Virus record (IMG/VR): IMGVR_UViG_3300021197_001653
Location: 40,435 to 104,434 of that record
Source of the DNA: a virus
Strand: one strand, 5' to 3'
DNA length: 64,000 nt
This document shows, one piece after another, positions 1-11,284 of the stretch; the stretch's first letter is position 1, and each line of letters starts with the position of its first letter. The position numbers and the translations under genes were made by a program. The notes below the pieces were generated by a model. The model was not told the DNA's origin and made no database searches. It was given only the letters and a program-made list of their open reading frames with translations.

Positions 1-1
1 T

Positions 2-3000
2 GGTTCACAAACTACAATTTCACCTTTTAGTGAATTAATATATTTAGATAAAGGAGCTACATTGGGTGGTGGGGACACTAATGAAATAGTTGGTAGTATA
101 CCTTTAGTAAAAATTAATGTATTAGATGATAATTATACACATATAAAAGTATATGCTATAAAATATACATCTTATAATGAAATACCTTCTATATCTCTTA
201 TTAAAGATGAGGAAATAGATTCTTTTTCTAGTTATAGTTTTACTGATGATGGTAATAAAATTAGTGATTTAAGCACATCTGAATTTATATTTTTAGGATC
301 AAACCCTATTACACCTAAACATATAGAATCTAAAGATAATAGATTATTTGTTTCTAATTATACAGAGACAGCTTATGATTTAAATATAGATATGAGGGCT
401 TATGGTCATGATTCATTAGGTTCATCTAAATTATATACAGGTAATGTTTTATTTGTAAATAATGTATTAACAGGTAACTTTCAATCATTTAGCGCTGGTC
501 AAGAATTATCATCTTATAATTATAGTACTAAATTAGATGCTATTAATCCAAATTATGATACATATAAATATCAGAAGAATGGTTCTATAGTAGGTGGTGA
601 AGGTTTATATGTTACGTATGAATTAGTTCAAAAAGTATCTAGTCAATTACGTGGTAATATAAAATATAATAGATTCTTAAAAGATAATGAAATATATAGA
701 ATTGGTATTCAATTTTATAATAAATTAGGTCAAAAAACTGATGTTAAATGGATAGCTGATTTTAAAACTCCTTCTGGAAATTTACAAGGTAATTATAATG
801 TACTTAAAGTTGATATTAAACAAACTGAATTTAATGATTATATTAACTCATTAAACTTAACAGGTAATGATATACCTACTGGATATAAAATAGTAAGGGC
901 AGAAAGGAATATAAAAGATATGACAATACTTTGTCAAGGTTCTTTAACTGGTATGATGCTTCAGACAACACAAGATGCTAAAAATTATAATTATTGGAAA
1001 ACAGAGGTTAATAGAGCTAATCATTCTAAAAATGAGGTTAAATTACCTATACCATTAAGTAGAGGTTTTGTATTACCTTCTACAGAAACATCTTTATTTC
1101 CTACTTCTAATTTAACACAAATGAATGAAGGTAGGTCTGAAAAACTTGATGAAATATATAGAGATAATGATACTGATTATAAAAGACAACAATCTTGGCA
1201 ATATACTAAAATGATGCAAATGCATTCACCTGATATATTATTCAATACAGGTTTAGTATTTGGTAATGGTTTAAGTTTAAGAGTTAAAGGTATGGTTCAA
1301 CATACTACAACACATCATAGATATAATAAAATAAATACAGTTAGTAAATCTATTGTAGAAAATGATGTTTATTACAATATAAATAATTTAAGATCTAGAA
1401 GAAAAGCTGAATCTTTTGGTACGTTTGGACCAGTATATGATGGTGAAACGGATAATAGGACTGATTTTTTATCATATAATAGAAGATATGGTTATTATAT
1501 AAATGGTGAGAATGAAGATAATATTATATATGGTAGTCCAGAAATAACTGAGAGAGGACAGGGTACAACTGCTTATAATGGAGATAGTAGATATAATTAT
1601 ACAAATAGTTTAGAATCAGTTATATCAGACCAATATAAAGGTAGTAGTAGAGATGATGCTGCTATGGAAGGTATTAATAGTTTTGGTGAGAGGTGTTTAA
1701 CTATAGTTCTTGGTGCAGACAATTCTCTTGAAGCAGATAGACCTGCTATGGAAGATATTGTACCATCTAACATTGGTAATATAAACGGATTACTATTAAC
1801 TGAAGTAGTAAGACCAACATCTTATATTTATACAGGAGATATATATGGTGGTTTATCTGTAGAAGATAAATCTAGAACTACTTATATTGAGATAGGTCCT
1901 TATAATGATATTTCTGCTGTAGCTGAAGATATAGAGAACTGTGGTGATATATATGTACAATTATATAGATTTGGTAGACTATTAAAAACAGATACTGAAG
2001 TGTATGATCCTACAAAATTACAATTAACTGAAATTATAGAGCACCCTATTGAATCAACAGTTAACCTATTGAATAGAAATGATATTTCTTTATTAGGATG
2101 GGATAATAAATTTCAACCTAGATATGATGAGTTTCATAATTATAACAGAGTGTATAGCCAATTGTCTAATTTAATAAAAGCATCTACTGATTCATTTAAA
2201 TTTAAAAAAATAAATCAGTTTAGCACAAGAATTATATCATCTAAACTTAAAGTTCCTGGTGAATTTATAGATAGTTGGACAGACTTTTTAGAAAATGAGA
2301 CAATGGATTTAGATGGTAAATATGGTTCAATTAATAGTTTAATTAACGCTAATGATATGATATATGCTTTACAAGATAGTGCTATATCAAAATTAAGTAT
2401 TAACCCTAGGATTCAAACACAAGGTAGTGATGGCTTAGGTATTGAATTAGGTACAGGTGGTATATTATATGACTATAACTATATATCTACTAAATCAGGT
2501 ACAGTAAATAAATGGTCTGTTTTTAACACACCTTATGGGTTTTATTACTTTGATTTATTAAATAAGAGTTACAATAGGGTAAGTAAAGGTATAGAAAATT
2601 TATCTTCATTAAAAGGTTTACATGCTCATTTTCAAAATAATATAGACTATACGCAATTAATTAAAGATAACCCTTTATTACAACAAGGTGTTGTAGGTGG
2701 TTATAATAATATTAATAAAGAATCTTTTTTAACTGTATTACAAGGTAGTGAAAGTTTTACTATTGGATTTAATGATAAAAAAGATTACTTTACTAGTTTT
2801 TATGATTTATTACCTAACATGTATATAAATAAAGGTTTTAAATCTTTGCTTATTAATCCTGATAATAATAAGTTATATGATTTAGGTGAGGGTGAATATA
2901 GTAATTATTTTGATGTTAAATATCCTTCTTATATAACACTAATACTTAATCCTGAATCAGATTTAGATTGTATATTTGATAATATAGAGTTTAATTCTGA

Positions 3001-3265
3001 AATTTATTTAAACGATATAGATCAACCTAATAATACATTAACTCATATACAAGCATATAATGAATACCAAAATAGTGGTAAGATACCATTAATATTAGGA
3101 AGAAGTACAAATTTAAGAAGGAAATTTAGAAAATGGAGAGCTGATATACCTAGAGAAGGTAGGAATAGAATAAGAAATCCTTGGATATTTTTAAAATTAG
3201 AATTAGATAGTGAAACAAATTATAAAATGATATTACATGATATAGTTGTAAATTATACAGTATAA
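2..3265 (+). CDS. Tail stabilisation / tail tubular-nozzle protein (P22 gp10-like, crAss-like phage); 5'-truncated by window edge
   Basis: Frame is open from position 2. Motifs recalled from crAss tail stabilisation proteins (YRIGIQFYNK..KWIAD, GDIYV, DSWTDF...DLDGKYGSI, C-terminal RKFRKWRADIPR..RIRNPW). Lies upstream of cargo/vRNAP genes. Confidence 0.75.
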   Translation, partial: GSQTTISPFSELIYLDKGATLGGGDTNEIVGSIPLVKINVLDDNYTHIKVYAIKYTSYNEIPSISLIKDEEIDSFSSYSFTDDGNKISDLSTSEFIFLGSNPITPKHIESKDNRLFVSNYTETAYDLNIDMRAYGHDSLGSSKLYTGNVLFVNNVLTGNFQSFSAGQELSSYNYSTKLDAINPNYDTYKYQKNGSIVGGEGLYVTYELVQKVSSQLRGNIKYNRFLKDNEIYRIGIQFYNKLGQKTDVKWIADFKTPSGNLQGNYNVLKVDIKQTEFNDYINSLNLTGNDIPTGYKIVRAERNIKDMTILCQGSLTGMMLQTTQDAKNYNYWKTEVNRANHSKNEVKLPIPLSRGFVLPSTETSLFPTSNLTQMNEGRSEKLDEIYRDNDTDYKRQQSWQYTKMMQMHSPDILFNTGLVFGNGLSLRVKGMVQHTTTHHRYNKINTVSKSIVENDVYYNINNLRSRRKAESFGTFGPVYDGETDNRTDFLSYNRRYGYYINGENEDNIIYGSPEITERGQGTTAYNGDSRYNYTNSLESVISDQYKGSSRDDAAMEGINSFGERCLTIVLGADNSLEADRPAMEDIVPSNIGNINGLLLTEVVRPTSYIYTGDIYGGLSVEDKSRTTYIEIGPYNDISAVAEDIENCGDIYVQLYRFGRLLKTDTEVYDPTKLQLTEIIEHPIESTVNLLNRNDISLLGWDNKFQPRYDEFHNYNRVYSQLSNLIKASTDSFKFKKINQFSTRIISSKLKVPGEFIDSWTDFLENETMDLDGKYGSINSLINANDMIYALQDSAISKLSINPRIQTQGSDGLGIELGTGGILYDYNYISTKSGTVNKWSVFNTPYGFYYFDLLNKSYNRVSKGIENLSSLKGLHAHFQNNIDYTQLIKDNPLLQQGVVGGYNNINKESFLTVLQGSESFTIGFNDKKDYFTSFYDLLPNMYINKGFKSLLINPDNNKLYDLGEGEYSNYFDVKYPSYITLILNPESDLDCIFDNIEFNSEIYLNDIDQPNNTLTHIQAYNEYQNSGKIPLILGRSTNLRRKFRKWRADIPREGRNRIRNPWIFLKLELDSETNYKMILHDIVVNYTV

Positions 3266-3296
3266 TAATATTTATTATAAATAAACTATAAATAAA

Positions 3297-3328
3297 TTTG
3301 GTTTATTCAATAATTTTTAGTATATTTG
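3297..3328 (+). promoter_or_regulatory. Bacteroidota housekeeping-sigma promoter (-33 TTTG / -7 TAnnTTTG)
   Basis: TTTG (3297-3300), 20-nt spacer, TATATTTG (3321-3328): exact consensus match in the intergenic gap before the cargo operon. Confidence 0.75.
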
Positions 3329-3378
3329 CAGTTCAATTATAGAATTTAAACTCATTTTATAAAATTTAATTAAGTTAG

Positions 3379-3413
3379 TATAGGGGTATTATAATAAATA
3401 TCCCTATATTTTT
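3379..3413 (+). terminator. Hairpin followed by T-run just upstream of the cargo gene
   Basis: TATAGGGGTATT-loop-AATATCCCTATA followed by a T-run. Confidence 0.45.
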
Positions 3414-3423
3414 AAAATAAGAT

Positions 3424-5304
3424 ATGAAAAATAAATATTTAAATGAATTTAATGAAGGTGGAAAACACTCTCAAAATCCTTTAGGTGGGATACCTCAAGG
3501 AATTGGTAGTAATGGTAAGCCTAATTTAGTTGAACAAGGTGAGACATCCTTTGATAGTAAAAATGGTAAATACATTTTTAGCGACAGTTTAGAAACAAAT
3601 GACATTATGAAAATAGATTTAATTAGCGAGTTTAATTTACCTAAATATATTAAGGGTAAATCTTTTTCTGAAGCTAGCAAAGCTATTAATAATAAGTTTA
3701 AAGATAGAAATGATAAAGCGTCTTTAAATACACAAAAAGAATTATTAAATAGACTTACAGAAGCCCAAGAATATACTAAAATGCAGAAAGCATTAAAAAA
3801 TAATTCACAAGAGGTACCTGATAATATGAATGGGGTTGTTCCGGAAGGGATGAATCAATTCAATGAAGGTGGTTTTTCTAATTTTATAAAAGAAAATGGT
3901 GAAGGTATTGCTTCTGCTGGAAGCGGGGCATTAAAGATGATTGGTAATTTAAGTGGCGAGGGTGTTTCAACTAATGCTGCATCTGCTGGATTATCTGGGG
4001 CTGCTGAAGGTGCAATGGCTGGAGCTGCTTTAGGTCCATTAGGAGCTATTGGAGGAGGTATATTAGGAGGTGTAACAAGTTTAATTGGATCTGGTAAAGC
4101 TAAAAAAGAGCTTTTAGAGAAAAATATGAATGATACACAAGGTTTTAGAAATGACAAATTAAATACATTTAAGTATGGTGGTAGTTTAAGATCTAATAAA
4201 TATGCATTAGGAGGTCAAATAGATCCTAATGATAGTAGAATTCCTGAATATGCCCAAGGTGATAAAAGATTTGAAGGTGTGCCATTTAGAAGTAATAGGT
4301 ACGAAAGGTTATTATCTGATATAAAGAAAAAACATAATACTTCAATTGATACAAGTGGTGTAAGTGATTTATATAGAGCGGCACCATTAGCTAAATCAGT
4401 ACAAGGTGGTTCACCAAGTGCATTAGGAACATATAGAGATTTACTTATGAAAGGTCGTAAAGGTAGACCAGAAACAACCCCTATTACAGAAGCTGATATG
4501 AAATTAGATCTTTTAAAGGGTATTAATAGCACAACATCTAATTCATTTAGAAATGGTGGATCTATATCATCATTAAAACCATTAACAACAAAAGAAGATT
4601 TACAATTTAGAGCTAATCCTTTAGATAATTTAAATACACCCACTTTACAAGGTAGACCATCCCCTGAATTACCAAAAGAACAAAGTAATTTTAGAAAACT
4701 ATTAGGTCAAGGAGCTAGTTATTTAAAAGATAATGCACCTAAATTAGCAAGGTTAGCTCCTGTAGCTACGAATGCATTACAATTATCTAACTTAAAAAGA
4801 CCTCAACATGAATCTTTAAATAGATTAAATACTAGATATAAAAGAGATTTAGTAGATGAGAAGACTTTACAAAATTTAGTTAATGAACAATACGGCGGTA
4901 CAGCTGAAAAACTTGCTAATGCAGCAGGTGGCTCAACAAGTGGGTTGAGAGCTAGTTTATTAGGAGCTCAATTAAACAAATCAAAAGCTTTATCAGATGC
5001 TTTTTCAAGAGCTGATCAAAATAATAGATCTGAAAATGAATTATCTCAAAAATTTAATTTAGGTGTTGATAAAATTAATTTACAACAAGATAATTTAGAA
5101 GGTGATATAAATGCTAAGAATAGAGGATCATTTGAAAGTAATAAGTCTAAATTAATATCCCAACTTGGTACTGATGTGGGTCGTATTGGTAAAGAAGCTA
5201 GTCAAATGGCATCAGTAGCTAAAATGTTTGGTTATACTTGGGATGGTAAATTCATGAGAGATAAGAAAGGTAAAATAATTAACCTTAATAAAGGAACTAA
5301 ATAA
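3424..5304 (+). CDS. Virion cargo/ejection protein with glycine-zipper membrane segment
   Basis: 626 aa. N-terminal GGKHSQNPLGGIPQG...NLVEQGET motif typical of crAss-like structural proteins, glycine zipper (GAMAGAALGPLGAIGGGILGG), repeated Nx[FY]xxGG. Confidence 0.65.
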   Translation: MKNKYLNEFNEGGKHSQNPLGGIPQGIGSNGKPNLVEQGETSFDSKNGKYIFSDSLETNDIMKIDLISEFNLPKYIKGKSFSEASKAINNKFKDRNDKASLNTQKELLNRLTEAQEYTKMQKALKNNSQEVPDNMNGVVPEGMNQFNEGGFSNFIKENGEGIASAGSGALKMIGNLSGEGVSTNAASAGLSGAAEGAMAGAALGPLGAIGGGILGGVTSLIGSGKAKKELLEKNMNDTQGFRNDKLNTFKYGGSLRSNKYALGGQIDPNDSRIPEYAQGDKRFEGVPFRSNRYERLLSDIKKKHNTSIDTSGVSDLYRAAPLAKSVQGGSPSALGTYRDLLMKGRKGRPETTPITEADMKLDLLKGINSTTSNSFRNGGSISSLKPLTTKEDLQFRANPLDNLNTPTLQGRPSPELPKEQSNFRKLLGQGASYLKDNAPKLARLAPVATNALQLSNLKRPQHESLNRLNTRYKRDLVDEKTLQNLVNEQYGGTAEKLANAAGGSTSGLRASLLGAQLNKSKALSDAFSRADQNNRSENELSQKFNLGVDKINLQQDNLEGDINAKNRGSFESNKSKLISQLGTDVGRIGKEASQMASVAKMFGYTWDGKFMRDKKGKIINLNKGTK

Positions 5305-7115
5305 TGGCTAATAGATATACAAATATAACAACTTCTCAATATGATCCTATGTCGTTACAGGAATTAATGGCTGCTCCATCTTATTTAAGGAAGCAACATG
5401 ATGATTTAGAATCACAAGCTAGTAAATTAGGAATAATTGATTCTAATAGATTGGATGTAGATAATGAGTTAGTTACAGGGGAAATAGGTAAATTTGAAGA
5501 AGGTGTAGGTTCTTATGTAGATCAATTAGCTACAGAAGGTTTTAATCCTACTAGCAAAAGAGGTTTATATAAACTAGCTAAACAAAGAAGAGATTTATTA
5601 TCACCTGAAGGTTCAATAGGTAAAGCAAAAAAAAGTTATGATGCTCATGCTAAAAATAAACAGGTTCTTTCTAAAATGTATCAAAGTGGTAAAATTAGTA
5701 AAGATAAATATGAATTAGGTATAGCTAAATCATTACAAGATTATACTAATACTGGTGGTATTGCTAATCAAGGTGTTTATAATGACTTTAATGCAGTTAA
5801 GGATACGGATGTTATTGAGAAGGCCAGAAAGGTAGCTTTAGATATACAAAGGAATCCTAAAATATTAGAATCATTTGGTCTTATAAAAAAAGGTGATAGA
5901 TATTATGATATTAAAACTAGAAAAGAATATACTCAACAAGGAGCTATAAAATTTGGAATTAAAAATACATTAGCGTTAGATCAAGATGTAATGTCTGATT
6001 TAAATCAGAGAGAACAATTAGGAATGCTTGGTGATAATACAGCTAGTGATTATTTAAATACATTAGGGTCTTTAGATGAAGTAATATACTCTAAAAATAA
6101 ACAAACACAAACTAGACGTGGTTTCTTTGATCCTTTGGAAATAGCCGCTAAGAAGAAAGCATTAGATAAAGCATACGAGACTAAAAATGTTGATTTTGAA
6201 GGGTTTGTTACTGGAAAACAAGTAATATATGATGAAGATTCAATAAATGATTTACAAAGGATAGTAAGTGGTAAGACACAAATTGATGAAACTAAATATG
6301 TAAATCATGGTGATGCATCTTTCTTATCAGCAATAGCAGATATATTTTCAGGTAAAGCACCAAAAAAACCTATAGTATTTAAGGAATTAAGTGGTGAATT
6401 AAAAACTAAAACTGAAAATATATTTAATGGTTTAAAAAGAACAGGTGTGCTTAGTGAAAATGCGTTAATAAATGATAAAGCTACACTTAAAGCTGTTGTA
6501 AATTATATGCAAAATAACCAAGCTGTTGTAATACAACCAAATCTTATTAAACATGGTGATGTGCTTAAATCTGAAAAAATTGGTAAAGACATTATTAATA
6601 ATGCTTCTAGTAGAGAGTTTTATAATACTAAAACTGGTAAAATAATGACATATGAAGATATGATAGATAAAGGTTACCTTACTGCTGAGAAAAATGATAA
6701 TTATAAAGCTACAACATATAGAGGTAGTTTAGGTGCAGATAATATGTATTCATTAAAAGTTCCTGCACATGCAAGAGCTGGTTATATTACACCACATGTA
6801 CTAAATATAAAAGGTCAAGAGTTTTTAGTTCCTGGTAGTAGATCTCAATTAAATAGTCAGAAACATTTAATGGATTCTAAATTTAATAGAGTATTCCAAA
6901 AATTAGCTACTCAACCTGGTTTACCAACCAATTTTCAATGGAAAGATCCACGTAATCAAAAAATTAGAGACGTTGAAATAATGAGATTATCTAAAACGAG
7001 TGAAGAATATCAAAAATATGGAGCACCTTACTTAATGAATATAGATGGTGTTTTAAAACCAATTAGCGAAGGTATTTTTAGAAGAATGCAAGCTGATTTA
7101 AATATGCAAAACTAA
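5304..7115 (+). CDS. Virion cargo/ejection protein (hypothetical)
   Basis: 603 aa, TAATG-coupled to neighbours. MANRY N-terminus and synteny between tail and vRNAP genes. Confidence 0.55.
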   Translation: MANRYTNITTSQYDPMSLQELMAAPSYLRKQHDDLESQASKLGIIDSNRLDVDNELVTGEIGKFEEGVGSYVDQLATEGFNPTSKRGLYKLAKQRRDLLSPEGSIGKAKKSYDAHAKNKQVLSKMYQSGKISKDKYELGIAKSLQDYTNTGGIANQGVYNDFNAVKDTDVIEKARKVALDIQRNPKILESFGLIKKGDRYYDIKTRKEYTQQGAIKFGIKNTLALDQDVMSDLNQREQLGMLGDNTASDYLNTLGSLDEVIYSKNKQTQTRRGFFDPLEIAAKKKALDKAYETKNVDFEGFVTGKQVIYDEDSINDLQRIVSGKTQIDETKYVNHGDASFLSAIADIFSGKAPKKPIVFKELSGELKTKTENIFNGLKRTGVLSENALINDKATLKAVVNYMQNNQAVVIQPNLIKHGDVLKSEKIGKDIINNASSREFYNTKTGKIMTYEDMIDKGYLTAEKNDNYKATTYRGSLGADNMYSLKVPAHARAGYITPHVLNIKGQEFLVPGSRSQLNSQKHLMDSKFNRVFQKLATQPGLPTNFQWKDPRNQKIRDVEIMRLSKTSEEYQKYGAPYLMNIDGVLKPISEGIFRRMQADLNMQN

Positions 7116-10100
7116 TGGAAGATGAATTTGACATAGAAAATTTATACCCTGAATTAGACCCAGCTACATTATCTAACCCAGATAATGTTTCTTCTATTAT
7201 ACAATATAATAGTAAACTTGGGGAATCTCAATATGATGATGGGTTTTTAGCACACTTACATCAAGATGAAGGTGATATAGATACCGCTTTAAATTCATAT
7301 AGAGCTAGTAAACAATCTGGTTGGGATCAATTAGGTAATTCATTAGGTAGACTTACTAATATTATACCAGAAGCTATTGGTGGGATTGCATCAGCATTTG
7401 ATTTTGAAGATTATTTTAATTCTAATCAGGAAGTTGGTAACTGGTTAACTACAATGATGGATGAATGGAAAGAAACTACAACTGAAGCTTTACCAATATA
7501 TAGAGAAAATCCTGGTAAGTCATTAGATTTTGGTGATTCAGGATGGTGGTTTGAAAACGGTTCATCTTTAGTTAATTCTATAGGTGGATTTGCTATATCT
7601 GGTGGTGTTATAACCAAAGGGTTAGGTGGTTTAAGTAAACTTTCTAGAGTTGATAAGCTAGCTAAAATGATAGGGGGAGTAAATAAAGCTAATAAAGTAG
7701 GTCAAGTTGCTCAAACAGCTACTACAGCTACAATGCTTAACCAAGCTGAATCTATAATGGAAGCTACCCAAGTATTTGATTCAACATATAAATTTGAATT
7801 TGATAAATTAAGTGCTGCTAATGATCCAGATGCTGAATCTAAAGCTAAACAAAAAGCTGCTGATGCCGCTAAATTAACTATTAATGCTAATAGAGCTAAT
7901 ATAATTTTAAATTTATCATCTGCTAATTTATTTTTAAAAGCACCTAAATTAACAAGCAATATACTTAAAAAGGAAACATTTAGAAGTAATTTAACTAGAG
8001 GTGGTGTTGAAGGTGTTCAAGAATCAGCTGAGGAAGTTATAAATTTAATAGCTGGTGATATAGGTAGAGCTTTTGGTGAAGATAAAGATTATAGTTTAAG
8101 TGCGGTATTAAATAATTTAAATGCAGCTGAAGCTACTGAAGCAGCCTTATTAGGTTTTATAGGTGGTATGGGTCAAACTGTTATCACAAAAGAAGGTGTT
8201 AATAGACTTAATAAAACTATTGATCCTGATACAGGTGAAAAAATATCAGTTAGAGATTATAATAAAAAACAATATGATCAACAACAAGAAATAATACAAG
8301 AATATGATGATAATGCTAAGGAAAATAATATTAAAACATTTACAAATGCATTTGATAGTATAAAAGATAATTTGATATTACAAAAAGCTTATAAAAAAGC
8401 TATTAAAAATGAAGATAATGAAGAGGCTCAGAGACTAGCTAATTTAACATTAGGTGTCCAATCATTTCATGCTTTTAAAAATGGTACTACTGAAAACCTT
8501 ATTAAATTATACGAAGAATTAAAAAAAGGCCCTCAGAAAGAGGGAATGGGTGAAGATTATAAAGAAAAAGCTTCTGCTGCTATTTCTAATATTAAAAAAT
8601 TAGAAAAATACTATAATTTTTCACAAGAATTTGCTAATAATAAAGAGGTATATCTTAATAGGAACATAGATGTAGAATTAACTAATGAACTTAATAATTA
8701 TAATAATTTATTAACAGAAAAAGAAGGTGATTTAAATAGTAAAATAGAGCATAAGTTAAAATATAAGAGATATGCTAAATTAAACTTTCATCCTCAAGAT
8801 AGACCTAAAATAAGCCCAACTCCTGTTACTGCTAGTGATTTAGATACTGAAACAGAAAATGTTTTAAAAAATAAGTTTAAATCTACTATAAAGAAGTTAC
8901 CTGAGTATAAAGCCTATGTTGATACTCAAAATAAGATTGATGATATATTATCTAAAATTGATAAAAATGACAATGATTTTAATAAAATAACATCTGATAA
9001 GTATCAAACATCTTACAAAAAGAAGATTGAATCTATTGATAAAGCTATTAAAAATTCTATTGATAAACAACAAGCTAAAGTAGAAAAAGAAATTAAAACA
9101 GAAGAAGCGGAAGCAATTAAAGAGGAAGAAAAAGCTGTTAGAGCAGAAAAAGTTACTACCCAAGCAGTTGATGCTGAAACAGAAAATATTACAAATGATG
9201 TGCATAAAGCAGTCTCTAACTTAAAACCATATGATATTTTTACTATACCTGAAAGCCTTAGTGCTACACATGCAGGTAAACAATTTTATTTAGATGGTAG
9301 TTCATCAACAGATGATATAAAAGTATTAAAAGATACTAATACTGGAAGTAATATTATTATTGAAGTACCTACTTATAAGAAAACTCAAGCTAATAATTAT
9401 GATATAGATGATTATGCTACATCTGAAGGTGGTGATATTAATAGAGTAGTTACAAATAATGAAAATACTTTAGATACTAATCCTGATAAAATAGGTAATG
9501 GTTCTAAATTAATAAGTACTGATAATAAAGGTAAAGCGTTTGATTTTATCAAAAAAGATTATGCAGCTTATTTAGATTATGAAAAAGAACCTATTGATAA
9601 GATTGGAACTATTGTAAAGTTCAGTTTAAATACAAACGATTTAAAGAATCCTAAATGGACAAAGGCTACGGCATTATATAAAAAAGGTATTAATACCTTA
9701 AATGATACTGAAATTGAATATTTAATAGATTATTTACCAATTGATGCTGTACTTACAGATAAAATTAAGGCTCCTATTGAAACTATACCTACTACTGAAC
9801 AAGATCCAGTTAGATATATCAACAGTTCTAGAATATTAAGAAAGAATATTATTAACGAATTAATGAATGGTAAATCTCTTAATGAGCTTAATACAACTAT
9901 TGAAGGTCAATATGAAGGTGTTTTAAAAGTTGATGAAAAAGTTGATGGTAAGGTTCTTGAAAACTCCATAATGGACTTACATTTCTTAAAAGGTAAAAGT
10001 AAGGCTGATAAAATTAAAACAATTAAAGAAAATATAGGTGTTGTTAATGATAATGGTGATATTACATTTGTAAATGGTGCAAAAGTACCAATGAAAGTTA

Positions 10101-11281
10101 GTTCTAAAGGTGAATTTTACTTAAGAATGCCAATGGCAAACGGTAAACCTTTCTATTTAAAACTAAATAGTAAGAAAATATCTATTGATCATGCTTCATT
10201 ATTACATGATTTATATTCTGTTAGAATAAATGATACTGACTTAACTAAATCTACAAGAATTAATGAGTTAGAACCATCACTAGCATCTAAAATTAATAAT
10301 GTTTTAAAAGATGAGGTTAATCTTATAGGGACTAAAGGTGATTTAACAATAAAAGATGTTATTGACTTTTTAGTATGGGATGGGGCTAAGTCAATTAAAT
10401 CTAGAATTAAATTAGAAGGTACTGGAACTGAAGGAGGAAGGCAATTTATATATGGTAATCCTGGTTTAAATGGTGCTATAGTTAATAAAGGTGAGGTTAT
10501 TAATAAAGAAAATTTTACTAATTGGCTAACTTCTGATAAAAGATATTCAATATCATTTAAACCTAAGAAAGGTCAACAATCTAAAGCTAGTATATCTATA
10601 AATGATAAATATTTAGAATACTTATTAGATAATAAAATATTAAATACAAACGCTGTTGTTGGTGAGAATAATCCAACTTTTCAAGGTTTTACAACAATTT
10701 ACTTAAATAGTAATGGTATAGAGAAATCCAAAGTATCGCCAAAGTTTGATTCTAAAGTAGATGGTGATTCTGATGATTTAGTTAGTAGAATTGTAGGTTC
10801 AAATACTTATCTTGCATCTATTAAAAGTGGTAGGCTGTTTTCAGTAAATAAAAATATTGAATCTCTTCATACTAGAATAATGAGTAATGCAGAACTAGTT
10901 AGTAGTGTAGTTAAAGATAATAAGATAATAGATCAATTTGAAAAAGAAAATAATGCGGATGACTCATTTGATTTATTTCAAGATAGAGTTCTTGTAAGTT
11001 TAACTAGATATAGTGCACCAACTCCTAATTTAAAAGAAAAACTTGAAATTAAAGAAGTACAAAAAAAGAAAGAGAAAATAATACCTAAAGATGAAGTTAA
11101 TGTTTCTGATAGATTAATACAAGATTTAACAATACATTTAGCAACAGCAGGATTACTTAGATTAGATAAACAGTTTGAAAAAACATCTAAGAAAGGTAAT
11201 AAAGCATTATTTGAATATTTAAAAAATATAGCTGATTCTAATAAAGAAGATATAGCTGCAATTATTAAAAAATGCCAATAA
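7115..11281 (+). CDS. Large virion cargo protein (vRNAP-associated ejection protein)
   Basis: 1388 aa. Hydrophobic Gly/Ala-rich N-terminal helices, coiled-coil centre, directly upstream of the vRNAP as in crAss-like phages. Confidence 0.6.
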   Translation: MEDEFDIENLYPELDPATLSNPDNVSSIIQYNSKLGESQYDDGFLAHLHQDEGDIDTALNSYRASKQSGWDQLGNSLGRLTNIIPEAIGGIASAFDFEDYFNSNQEVGNWLTTMMDEWKETTTEALPIYRENPGKSLDFGDSGWWFENGSSLVNSIGGFAISGGVITKGLGGLSKLSRVDKLAKMIGGVNKANKVGQVAQTATTATMLNQAESIMEATQVFDSTYKFEFDKLSAANDPDAESKAKQKAADAAKLTINANRANIILNLSSANLFLKAPKLTSNILKKETFRSNLTRGGVEGVQESAEEVINLIAGDIGRAFGEDKDYSLSAVLNNLNAAEATEAALLGFIGGMGQTVITKEGVNRLNKTIDPDTGEKISVRDYNKKQYDQQQEIIQEYDDNAKENNIKTFTNAFDSIKDNLILQKAYKKAIKNEDNEEAQRLANLTLGVQSFHAFKNGTTENLIKLYEELKKGPQKEGMGEDYKEKASAAISNIKKLEKYYNFSQEFANNKEVYLNRNIDVELTNELNNYNNLLTEKEGDLNSKIEHKLKYKRYAKLNFHPQDRPKISPTPVTASDLDTETENVLKNKFKSTIKKLPEYKAYVDTQNKIDDILSKIDKNDNDFNKITSDKYQTSYKKKIESIDKAIKNSIDKQQAKVEKEIKTEEAEAIKEEEKAVRAEKVTTQAVDAETENITNDVHKAVSNLKPYDIFTIPESLSATHAGKQFYLDGSSSTDDIKVLKDTNTGSNIIIEVPTYKKTQANNYDIDDYATSEGGDINRVVTNNENTLDTNPDKIGNGSKLISTDNKGKAFDFIKKDYAAYLDYEKEPIDKIGTIVKFSLNTNDLKNPKWTKATALYKKGINTLNDTEIEYLIDYLPIDAVLTDKIKAPIETIPTTEQDPVRYINSSRILRKNIINELMNGKSLNELNTTIEGQYEGVLKVDEKVDGKVLENSIMDLHFLKGKSKADKIKTIKENIGVVNDNGDITFVNGAKVPMKVSSKGEFYLRMPMANGKPFYLKLNSKKISIDHASLLHDLYSVRINDTDLTKSTRINELEPSLASKINNVLKDEVNLIGTKGDLTIKDVIDFLVWDGAKSIKSRIKLEGTGTEGGRQFIYGNPGLNGAIVNKGEVINKENFTNWLTSDKRYSISFKPKKGQQSKASISINDKYLEYLLDNKILNTNAVVGENNPTFQGFTTIYLNSNGIEKSKVSPKFDSKVDGDSDDLVSRIVGSNTYLASIKSGRLFSVNKNIESLHTRIMSNAELVSSVVKDNKIIDQFEKENNADDSFDLFQDRVLVSLTRYSAPTPNLKEKLEIKEVQKKKEKIIPKDEVNVSDRLIQDLTIHLATAGLLRLDKQFEKTSKKGNKALFEYLKNIADSNKEDIAAIIKKCQ

Positions 11282-11284
11282 AAT

